Shown one piece after another: positions 1 through 11,302 of a stretch of DNA of 64,000 nucleotides. Below the pieces are notes generated by a model. That model saw only the letters and a program-made list of their open reading frames with translations. It did not search any database and was not told the origin of the DNA. Origin of the DNA: Chrysomallon squamiferum (lineage: Eukaryota; Animalia; Mollusca); NCBI GenBank assembly GCA_012295275.1, contig CM022670.1, positions 6,882,001 through 6,946,000 of the forward strand, read 5' to 3'. Numbering within the stretch: position 1 is the first letter of the stretch; the number at the start of each line of letters is the position of its first letter. A program made the translations under genes and the position numbers.

Positions 1-1579
1 TGAAGATCAAGCTTTAGTAGTTATAAAGTTTGATAATTATTTATGTTTTAATCTTTAGGAAGAAATGTAATACAATAATAATAACAAATCATTTGTAAAA
101 CTAAACAAAGTAACTAATAAATAAAACAAGCTAATAAAGAAATGCACAACAGCATTAAAAACGAAAACTAATAATAATGAAAATAATTATGATTTATCTA
201 TTATAATTCTGTTGCATCAGTTCAAATTCAGTCTGGAAAATAAATTTAAAAATTAGAATTTTTTTTAAAAATTTGTGTTTTTATTTTTTTCCAATTCGGT
301 CTAAGACAACTTAAACAAATTGTCTCATTTTCTGAGTTCTTTCCCCGCAAGCGAATTTCTATTCAGCGGTACAAAAGAAACACAAAAACCCTTTCAGTAT
401 TTTGTAAAAGAAAACTAGAAGACGATTGTCTCTGACGAAACGAGAGACACGACTTGTTGATCTTCACATCTAGAGCAAACAACAGACTCGTCATTTTTCT
501 ACTCACAGAGAACAGCAAGTAAACAACAAGCTGTCTCCTCAATGGCGAATAAAGCTCAGAAAATACTTTCTCTTTAATTGGCAAAAATTCCAAGACCAAA
601 GCACGTTTTTAATCGCGTCTGAAATATAGGAAAGGATAACTGGATGAACCCAAATTTTCTTCTAGATTGAAAATTATTAAAAGAGCAACTTACGTGTTAG
701 TGAACTTGACCCGCTAGATATTCTAGATTTAATTTAAAATACTAACAGTGATATGCTGTGTAAATAATCTCACAATAAAACTGTACTGAATTCGTTTAAC
801 AAAATGTCCAACATAAAAGCAGCTTGCGGCCTACTGTAAGGCTGAGGAATTAAAGACATCAGGATCAGATCTTCAGAATATTTGAATATACTTTCCATTA
901 AAAACAGTGCTGTACCAGAGTCACTGCCGTAAAACTAATTAAGCTGATAATTCAAGGTCCCTAACCATTAGTCCAAATTGCTTAATAATTGTGATAGGAA
1001 TCTGAGATGTTACCTCTACGTGTGCATCGTGATCTGCGATGGGAGAACCCAGCTGATGAAAGTTTCACTGGTGAAGTGATATATAATAGCAAATGACTTG
1101 TGATGATTACACTATGACCATCATGCGACAATAATAGAGTTAAAAAGATCTATAAATAAATAAATAAATAAATAAAAAACAGACAAAAATTACTAAAATA
1201 TTTTTTTTACTACGAATGCATTATTATACATACAAGTTTATATACAAAATTTTACCACTTTTTATTAAGGATCATGATATATGGCATACATAACAAATCA
1301 GGTAAAATAAAAGAATATTTAAAAGATCAACAACATTATTATTAATTTTTTTATTAATTTTACAAATAACTTGTTTAGAGTAAACTGTAAAATATTTCTG
1401 CAAACAATTCACAGAATAGAAACACTACAATTATACAATTTGTTATCAACGACCAAAAAATGTAACAGAATGTAATCAGCAAGTAAACAGACCAAAACAA
1501 AATAAATAAATAAATAAATAAAATATCCCTGAATTAACCATTAATTTAGTATCAGTCTGACCCACAATCCAAACACACA

Positions 1580-1611
<32 letters not shown>

Positions 1612-2895
1612 CACACACACAAAGAACACAAATATATAATAATTTATTTGAATATTTTTTGGCAGTAAGTTAACTTGCAGAAGAAAAAATAGAAAATAAT
1701 TATTGTGGTTTAAAATTAAACAGATATGTAAAGATATCAGAGATAAATGAAAATAGAAAATGCTGATCCTTTGCACGTATAAATATCAGAAACCCTGCCA
1801 TAGATATACAGAAACAGATATATAACCAAACAAAACACTTTTCTTATCACAATTAATAAAATTCAAGAAGAAACTGACAATTTTCTATACATAAACAGTC
1901 GTATATTCTCATTTTGAAGGCCATTTAAAATAATAATAAAAATTAGTCTTATTTTTTAAATACTGCTTTCAAACAAAATATATTTTTTCTTCTTTTTAAA
2001 TATTATAATTATGTCAGCAATATTTTTTTTTTATCCTTTTTTATTCTATTATATTTTAAAATTTCTTTCCTTTGTTTTAACATATCTTCAAAACCCACCT
2101 TTTTTTTATTATAAATATTCTTCTTTTTGGGATATAATAAGTGATGGAGAATATCTACTATTCAGGTGTTTTGATACTACAGTATGCATTATAATTAAAC
2201 TAAATGTTGATTTGATGCCAGTCACATAAATAACAGTCCTGTTATTCTGTCTGTGGTTCACACACTTCATTGATTACAAATTCAACAATCTAAACACTAC
2301 AAAAAATATTTACAAACTACGAAACAATTACAACACACAGAGTGAAATGTCCATCCAAAAATCATTTGTTAAAATATCAATCATAAAAATCTATTTTGTT
2401 TTGTAAACAGAAACACCAGCTTGTGAGAGAAACTACACTTTCTATTTATTTATTTATTTATTTATTCATTTATTAATCATTATTTAAGTTTGTTAAATTA
2501 TTTGAGATTTGTTCAGCCAGTATGAAGAAATAAACTTTACAAGTCTGGATAATTAAGTTACTATTCAATAAGTTTACTTCAATGCTGAGAACATATCTAA
2601 TTATTTTGGCACTTTTATATTTATTTAATTATTTTTGAATATTTACAGAAATTTAAAAAACTAATTAATAATAATTTTTTTTTTTTTAAATATCAATAAA
2701 AAAATAAAAAAAAATAATAAATTCTGATGTCTTTGGCAGACACAGAAAAATAAAATGCAATAAGTCAGAGATCACACAAATGCCATTCATTAAATTAGGA
2801 AGACCAAGATCTGCCCTAAACCTTTAACTGACACAAACATTATTTTAAATTCAAATAAGAAATAGATGGAAAATTCACCCTAACAAACCCCACAA

Positions 2896-2961
2896 AGACT
2901 GGGATATCAAATTTAGGTTTCCACACGACGTGGTTTTAACCCAAATCATCATTATCAGTCT
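2896..2961 (-). promoter_or_regulatory. SECIS element (type II) in the 3' UTR of the PUB-domain gene
   Basis: Minus strand reads AGACUG-AUA-AUGAU-GAUUUGGGUU-AAAA-CCAC-GUCGU-GUGG-A-AACCUAAAUU-UGAU-AUCC-CAGUCU. Helix I AGACUG/CAGUCU; internal loop; AUGA...UGA core; 10-bp helix II (8 Watson-Crick + 2 G-U); unpaired AAA; apical mini-helix CCAC/GUGG. Confidence 0.9.
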
Positions 2962-3516
2962 CAACAAAAACACGCAAAGTTACAGTTATCTCCCCTTCAA
3001 TTCAATGACAGATTTGTCTTGTTGTGGTTACAGAAAAAGACAATTATACAAAAATGTTTATCGACTCGAAAACACCAACACAACACATCTTCCACTGATT
3101 CAAATTGTTGAAATAATGATTCTGTGACATTATAACATCAATGTTCATGGGGTTACATATACACTTAAAAATCGCTATCATTTACAAATAACATTGTGAC
3201 TCGTAATATTTTCAAAAGTTTTCAAAAATGGGGCATTATTATTCAAACATTCCACAACATTTTGATTTAGAAATAGTATATCATAATTTAACCTGAAACA
3301 TACATGACATTATTAAATTCCAGATATGTAATGACTTCAAGAAATTAAAACATGATGGATCCATGATTTTATTCAAAATAAGCACCCAAATGAAAAACAA
3401 AATGTGAAAATAAAACCAGTAAATGAGTTTGTAGAAAACACGAACAGTCTGCAGTCTGTATCTCCGAATGTCTGTCACTGAAGAGGAGGAGATTTAGGAA
3501 AAAACTGACTTGAAAC

Positions 3517-6007
3517 CTAACCTCATCCACCTCCACCCTGAAATATAAAATAAAATTTTACAACAATAATTTTGTCTATACACACTATAAAAAAAAATCA
3601 CTTGACACTTGACACATGATCATTATCAATGTTTTGCCCACTGTATACGAAGACATCCTATTCAAATTATTTAAAAGGAAATGGTAGATTGAAATGCCAG
3701 TGTTTAATTAGTAGTTGTTTGTTATTTATTTATTTATTTATTTTGTCGGTTATTTTATGACACTGTTAAAAATGCCTTGCATTAACCAGTATTACTAATA
3801 TTACTATATTTTTAAAATTGTTTTTGTCGTTAGATATATGTCACAGTTATGACTGGAATACTTACACGATTTTCAAACTTCTTGAATGTGCCAGAGTCCA
3901 ACTTCTTTGCATGCTGAAATGTGAAATACGTAAACAAAAGTTGAAATAATAAAAAAAATCAACTGTATATATTGAAAGTGAGATTTAACTTGTTTCTTCA
4001 TATGGTAAAATTTGTATGCTATTTATTATCCAAATAATCAATGGAACTAACTCATTGTTCTAATTATACTGTTATTTACCATTCAAATATTAAAATGTTA
4101 ATAAAATAAATTACTTGCATTCATTATTTTTACTGTTTATTTACTTTCAAAAAAAGAAAAAGATTATAAATAATTAAAATGAAATTAACTTTCTAAATAT
4201 TTAATAATTAATACAATTATTACAATAAATTATTTCAGTTAATTATTTCTTACTGATTCTTTGACTTCTCTGCTGTTAGCATCTTTCCGATCTGCTTCAA
4301 TCTGAAATGTTCATATGTTTAATTTTTTTATTACACTCAAGTTATACTATTGCAATAATTAAAAGATAATTTTATAAGAATCTTTCCAGATTTATGAGTG
4401 GTCATATAACTGTTAAGTGGCTGCATTACAGTCATAACAATAAAATTAGCAAAATAACATGGAAACATTAATTATTACTGCCGTTAATAAAGATTAACAC
4501 TGGTACAATTCAAAAAACAAAAAACAAACAAAAAATATAATCAAATAATGTATGTTTTTGGACATTTTGTTCCCATTGTAATGTTCAATATTTTTAAATC
4601 ATAATAATAAATATTCTCTCTATCATAATACTAAATATTCTGCAAACAATAATGAATTTTAAATAAATTATAACCAAAAAAACATATTTCTCTTATTAAC
4701 AGTTTGCCAAACAGTTATCCAGATTATAAATAATCAATGTTTTCCATCTTCTTTCTCAACAATTATTAAGAATAAAAATAATATAAACGTTTTTTTTTTT
4801 TATCTACAAGCAACCGACATAAAAATTAGTTATATTTCACTGGTCACATAAAATAATAATTTTTCATTCTAGATTAACATCAATTCATGTTTATCTAATT
4901 TTAACAAACTGGAAGTAATGTACTGACAATGTCTATATTCTTGAATACTGATTTTTACATTTATTTTTAAAAATTCACATTATTCATTTAAAGCCAGTTT
5001 ACATCTTTCAGTCAATAACCTTATAAATGGAGTTTACAGTAAAATAGATTAATCAAAATCAGCTAACATGAGTTTATCTATTTTGTCTTTCAAAACTGCT
5101 TAAAAAAACATCTTTATAAACATTTCTACTGAAATATTGGAGAATGGATTGAGTAAAAACTATTTCTTTATTAATTAATAAGTAATGTGGCAACTTGGTA
5201 AATCATTGATATTTTTTTTCTGAGGTCAAAGGGACAAATCTTTCTGGTACATTCATCAGCTTGTCTCCAATTTCAGTCAGTTTCGCATAGAAAGTTTTTC
5301 TTGTATAAATACTAATTAACTTAAATCTTATGTTTTTAGGTAATCAATGAATCAAGCAAAACAAATAACGCATGAATAATATTAATAATTTTTTCCAATG
5401 TACCTGTTTTTTAATGGCTTCTTTTTCTTTCTTAATTCTCTTTATTTCTTCCATTCTTTTCTGTTTTTCTTCTTCTATCAGTTGTTCCTTTTCCCTTAAC
5501 TAAGATAGAAACAGAAATTTAAATTAACTGAATATTTAATACTACATTTAATCTTATATTTATTATCATTATTTATCAGATTAAATAAATTAATTATACT
5601 GAATACAGTTATCAAAAAAAAGTAATGTACTTAAATGATTAGGGCAAATTATAAAAATTAAATTTTATTTTGAAAATAGACTGGTTAAGAAAGATTTTGG
5701 TTTTGATATAACAAACATTGCTATTATTTTGGATAATTGAATTTTCTTTCATTATTTTAATGGCTCTACAACAAATGAGATATTCTTAATATTACTTAAT
5801 ATTATGAAATATTAGCTTTCTTTTTATGTTGGAATTTTTAGAAAAAATGTTTTAACATTTTTGTAGTAAATACCTCTTCAGGTGTCCATGAAGATGAAAT
5901 GTCTGGAGGTGTCACGACCTTGGGTGCTGCTTGAACAGGAGGCAGAGTGCTGAAATAACAATAATGATGATGTTGATGATGATGACGATAATAATACCAG
6001 TAGTAAC

Positions 6008-6039
<32 letters not shown>

Positions 6040-8334
6040 GAGCAATACTACTACTACTACTACTACTACTAATAAAATAGTGAAAATAAAAATAAAAATA
6101 AGAATAAGAATAATGACGATAATAACAATAATCAGTAATCAGTAATAACATCTAAAGTGAAATTAGTGAAATAATTTACTCAATTTTTATTATTCCATTA
6201 TGTGTATCTTCTTTATGACTGGATGTAACACATGTCTAGGTACTGTGTATACATCTGTGTAAAGTTATATAGTGTGAACTTACTGAAGTTTTTCTTCTAT
6301 TACTTGTACCACACTGTCCACTCTCACACTAGACTCATCAAGATACATCAAGAGTTCATCCACCTGCAAAATAAACACATAAACCGCTTTTAAATAATAT
6401 ATCAGTTTAAAAAATTCTGATACACTCTATGCCAATCATGTGTTTATCTTTCTATCTCTCTTTTAAAAATAATTAATAATAGTACAATATACCCTCGCCT
6501 GTTTGGTTCCCCATTCATGCCCCCAAGATATTGAGGTTAGGCTCTTAACCCTATCGTGATCGTATGTTGGTATACCAGGCACTCATAAACTCAAATCGGT
6601 AAAGCACAAACAATATCAAATTTTTTCAATTATTATTCAATACAGAGTTCATCCATATTTTTTGTGACCTGCAAAATTAAATATTATTACTGAATTGTAT
6701 TATTATTACCTGAAATTTATCTGTCTGTCTTTTTAAATTTGTTCCACTTTCTGTCAATAATATATCAGTTTAGAAAAACTTTTACGGTACAGTAATACTG
6801 TATGGGTAACTATGCTATGTTACTGTCCTCCTGTACAACGTTTCTTTCTGATTAAAATATTGTTTCAGTACAAAATTAAAATGTGTTTACATTATCATTA
6901 CTACATTAGTGAAAGACATAACTGCATGCAATATTACTACATTATTACTGTATTAATGAGTAAGAGTGTCTTTAGAAAGTGTTTGGGAAGCATTTAGTAC
7001 CGTATATAATCTCATAATAGACGTTTTAAAACTGCATCCAATATTAAAAAAAAAAAGGGAATACTGTACTATAAAAAAATAAAAAATAAAAATAATAACA
7101 CACATGTAAAAGCAAGCAATATTCAAAATTAATGTTGCAGTTAGACAAGAGAAGTAAAGTATAATTAATAATTTCTTAAGATTTTAGTATGCTAATCAGA
7201 ACAAGATGTTCTGAAATAATCCTGTTTATACAGTATGTAACTGTGGTATTACATTTACCAACAAACCTCAGTGAATCCTATGTTGTATTTAACTGCACAC
7301 AGTATGATATTACATTTACAAACAAACCTCAGACAATCCTATACTGCATTTAACTGTAAACAGTGTTATTTTACATTTACAAACAAACCTCAGTCCAGCC
7401 AGCAGCAAGCAGAAACTCTTTGGCTCCCTCAAACTTCAACACTTTCTCTTTAACAAGCTTGTTTTCTTTTTTCAACTGTTTGTATTTTTCTTCTCCAGGA
7501 TGCTTCTGAAGATTTCTAACAACAAATGAAAAATAACATGAAAAAAAAATCAAATAAATTAATAAATAATAGTAAAATAAAATAGATATCATCACACTGT
7601 TTGGTTGTCAATTTTCATTATTAAATGTTAAAATAACAGAACAACAAAAAATTGTTTTTAAATGTTTTTAAAAAGTAATACATATATAAATGAAATGACA
7701 CAATAATAAATTATTTGTAACAATACTGTTTGGTAATCTGCTTTGCCATATTAAATTTAAGCAATTCTGTGGAAATTATTAATTTTTATATCTTGTTTCC
7801 TGTGTATTTTGAGATGATACAATTTGCAAAAGTGTAATGCAGACAAATTCAGTGTTAATATGGTTGCTAATCAAGATAAATGATAGCATGCCCTTTCATC
7901 ACTTTTTCTGCTGACATTTTTGTTCACAGCTGAGATTAAAATTAAATGTATGACTGGTTACCTTTTTATTTATATTTAATGCCTAAAGAATTACTACTTA
8001 GTTACTACGCAACAGTAAGTCATTACTTTATTTATAATTATATATTTGGGATTCCAATTTTTGTCTGATACTGTTAAAGATAAATATTCTTGAGAGAAAC
8101 CAAAATGATTTTTCTTCTGAATTCGACAGAACTGTGTTAATATAACAAAGTACTGAACTCATAAAGGACTAACAATGTGAATGTCTCATTATTTATCTGA
8201 ATGAATAACACTCACTGATGAATTTTCAACAAAACACTGAGTGTTGAGTGAAGTTCCTCTTTCTGTATCTCATCTTCAAGAAGAAGCAAACAAGTCTTCA
8301 GAGAGTCAATGTCTTCTGCAACTGCTTCTGCCAT
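3517..8334 (-). CDS. PUB-domain protein (p97/VCP cofactor family) with coiled coil and C-terminal GGGG-U-G; probable selenoprotein, 204 aa with Sec203
   Basis: Hand-spliced GT-AG exons with consistent phases: 8334-8216, 7515-7389, 6363-6284, 5949-5874, 5499-5404, 4301-4254, 3913-3866, 3537-3517 (615 nt). Translation: MAEAVAEDIDSLKTCLLLLEDEIQKEELHSTLSVLLKIHQNLQKHPGEEKYKQLKKENKLVKEKVLKFEGAKEFLLAAGWTEVDELLMYLDESSVRVDSVVQVIEEKLHTLPPVQAAPKVVTPPDISSSWTPEELREKEQLIEEEKQKRMEEIKRIKKEKEAIKKQIEADRKDANSREVKESHAKKLDSGTFKKFENRGGGG(U)G*. LLKI..N...HP.EEKY..L...N.....KV....GA.EFL.AAGW is the PUB/PUG signature. An acceptor (ttttag) lies 2 nt before the ATG, implying a non-coding first exon. Confidence 0.9.
6485..7066. 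mobile_element. Non-autonomous DNA transposon (Tc1/mariner-pogo-type MITE), degraded copy in the intron between coding exons 2 and 3 of the PUB gene
   Basis: Colinear with 52933-53638 and nearly identical over a ~230-bp internal stretch; ends TA|CAATATACCCTCG ... GGGAATACTG|TA. Confidence 0.8.
7218..7393. repeat. ~61-bp tandem repeat, ~3 copies, overlapping the donor of PUB coding exon 2
   Basis: acaaacctcag recurs at 7261, 7322 and 7383. Confidence 0.75.
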
Positions 8335-10375
8335 AACTAAAATAAAATAATTTTCTTGTTAAGAATACTAATATGAACTGATCAGAAAGCTAATATCTCC
8401 TCATTTAGACAAGCTTTCCATATTATATAACAGCTTTGGCCTATTATTAAATTTATTTATACATAATGTACTTTATATTTCAATGCATTTAGTGTTCTGT
8501 GTTAACTGTATTAATATTATCAATTATGTATTCACACTATTCACTGTATTGTATATTGAAATTTGAAAACACTAATACAAGTGATTTGAGGATAAATATA
8601 TGTAATTAATCATTCGTATATTGAATTTTATAACATCTATTAATCATCAGTTGTCGATTTAAAACATGATATAAAATGCTTTACACAAAATTGCAAATAC
8701 ATTATAATCGTTATAAGCAGAAACCTGGCGTTTCGAAATTAAGACGTGTTCGACAATATAATTCGTATTGATATAAATTATAATGCTACTAATTTCACAA
8801 TTAAATAATTTCTTCATTAAACAGTTGTAATACATTGTTAATAAACTTATAAAGTCACGCGCTGGACAAATATGGTTCATTTGTCAATTTTGTATTTTTT
8901 TTTTGCAAACCTTTTGTAGTTTAAAATGTCTGTAAACTATGCTTATCACCTGCCCGTTTTCTATGACAAAGCAAACAGAGTTATCGGTCCTGATTAGGAG
9001 TATTTTTGGTTTTAGTGGAATACTACAAAGTGTAACAAAAAACAACAAAAGAATGGATGAAAACAGGCAGTTTCTAAACAAAGTGAATGTTGAAAATAAT
9101 TATATCAACATAATCCATTAATTGAAATAAGTAAACAGAAAATAAAATATTATAAAATTCCAAAAGCTATATCATTAATAATAAACTTGTAATAAAAAAA
9201 AAAAAAAAAAATGTTTTGTCTTGCCTCTGATATACACTTGTACGTGTAGGAGTAATGAACAGTAAGACGATATACCACTCACTGGATGACCCAGTAAATG
9301 GTCTGTCCACTCTTCCAGTTATTACCAGTGATGTCACACGTCTCCCTCCCAACATGTAATGTTCTATTCTACAGTACGAATGCACAGAAATTAAAGCAAC
9401 AATAACAAAACAAACAAAAAATCATGCGGGTCTTGTTCCATCAGAGACAATGATTGCATGTTGAATAGTGGTTAAACACAAACATAATAACCGAAAGATT
9501 AATAGAATAATGTACTTTTTAAACATGTAATTAACATGTTTTCTTGAATATTAATATTATAAACCTCTTCAGAAAAAGGTGCTTGTTTGTTTGTTGTATT
9601 TTGCTATAGTATGGAGTAGGAAATGTCCGCATCTATAACCCCCCGTTCTCCTCAGTGTGCCCCAATTCTCCCCGTTTCCAGTCAACTTCAAAAACATCAG
9701 AGAAATAATAACATCGATCAAACAATGAATGTCAGTGATTGACAATGAAGATGATTGTTAATAATATGCGTTATAATAATAAAAATACTGGAAATAGGAC
9801 TGACATTTATTTTAACATGCAAGTATAACAATAATATTAAACGATACGTGACGTAATTATAAAATTATAACATTGACGTCAAAAAATAAAAATAAAATAA
9901 AATAAAAAAGTATCTCAGTTATATGTATAAATAGATAAATAAATAAATAATCAAAAATAAAAGTATTATCATAATTTAAAAAATAAGAGAAGAAGAAGAA
10001 GAAAAGAAAAGAAGAAGAAAAAAAAAGGAAACGAAAGAAAACAGACACGATAACAACAGTTCGCCATGCCTCTTCAGCCCATGCCTGAGTACGTATAATA
10101 ATTATTATTGTTGCTGTTGTTATTATTGTTGATGTCGTTGTTGTCTTGTTGTTCTATATTTATTATTTCTTTATATTTCTTTCTTTCTTAATTAATTAAT
10201 TAATTTATTTATTATTACAAAAACTATATATATTGCTTTTATTTCTTGTTGCTTGTGTACAATCGAATCAGTGGAACCGAGCATGAAATAACATGAACAA
10301 TAATAATGATACATTTATAACAGTTTGATGTGGCAATGAATAAAAATGAATTAAACTAATATTTTTAACTCGTGA

Positions 10376-10411
<36 letters not shown>

Positions 10412-10857
10412 CAATCAAGCAAACAAATAATTCAAACAAATATAACAGTCAGCAGATTCGCTTGAAATAACTAAAGAAAATCCTGAATTTCGCAAACAGA
10501 AGCAACAACGACAAATAAAACTACAGCTATAATTACAATAATAATAATAAAAAAAATAATAATAATGACCATGATGATAAAGAAGAAATAATAAATCAAA
10601 ATCAAAATACTACTACTAATAATAATAATAAGCATTAAAAAAAAAAATTAAAAAAAAAATATTTCCCATTTATACGACAAATGAGTATTAATTATTTAAT
10701 TATGCAATTAGGCGTACATAGTCTTATTTAGATTCACTGTAACGTTACAGCTTGAATGAAATACTTCCTCTAGATATAATACACGCCATACATTTTTTCA
10801 ACAGTAATTTGAATATTATTATTGTTGTTGTTGTTGTTGGTGTTGTTGTTGTTGTTG

Positions 10858-10927
<70 letters not shown>

Positions 10928-11025
10928 TCTTTCCTACAATAATTACATATTATATCAATTTGCGCCAACATAACCGAACTTTTACTTAAACAGCACGACC
11001 GAATTAGCTCGGATGGCGTATGAAT

Positions 11026-11039
11026 GTTTCCCTAGTTAC
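11026..11039. promoter_or_regulatory. Candidate RFX X-box upstream of the FAM47-like gene
   Basis: GTTTCCCTAGTTAC (reverse complement GTAACTAGGGAAAC) resembles the X-box GTNRCYNNRGNAAC; about 265 bp upstream of the ATG at 11303. Confidence 0.5.
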
Positions 11040-11302
11040 CGAACCTTTATTATCGGATTGTATTTCAGAGATATAAAGCATACTTAGAATTTTATAACTT
11101 ATAAAATTTAATTGAAATTTTAGAATTCTATTAATAAACTAGTTTCGAGAAATAGCCATTCATTTATACAGACTATGTTTGTGATCTATTTACTGCCATG
11201 TAGTGTCTTCCTGTTTCCATTGTGATTCTTACATAAACAAATGGCGGTGTAATGGTTGTTAGAAAATGAAGTAGCCACAACGTTAATAATATATTATACA
11301 TC

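Noticed and set aside
3523-3525. Reading the TGA as the ordinary stop of a 202-aa protein
   Set aside because: Not excluded, but disfavoured by the GG-TGA-G-TAG pattern and the canonical downstream SECIS.
6812-6997. Near-identical short ORFs at 6812-6997 and 53298-53525
   Set aside because: Both lie inside the two MITE copies; neither resembles a transposase.
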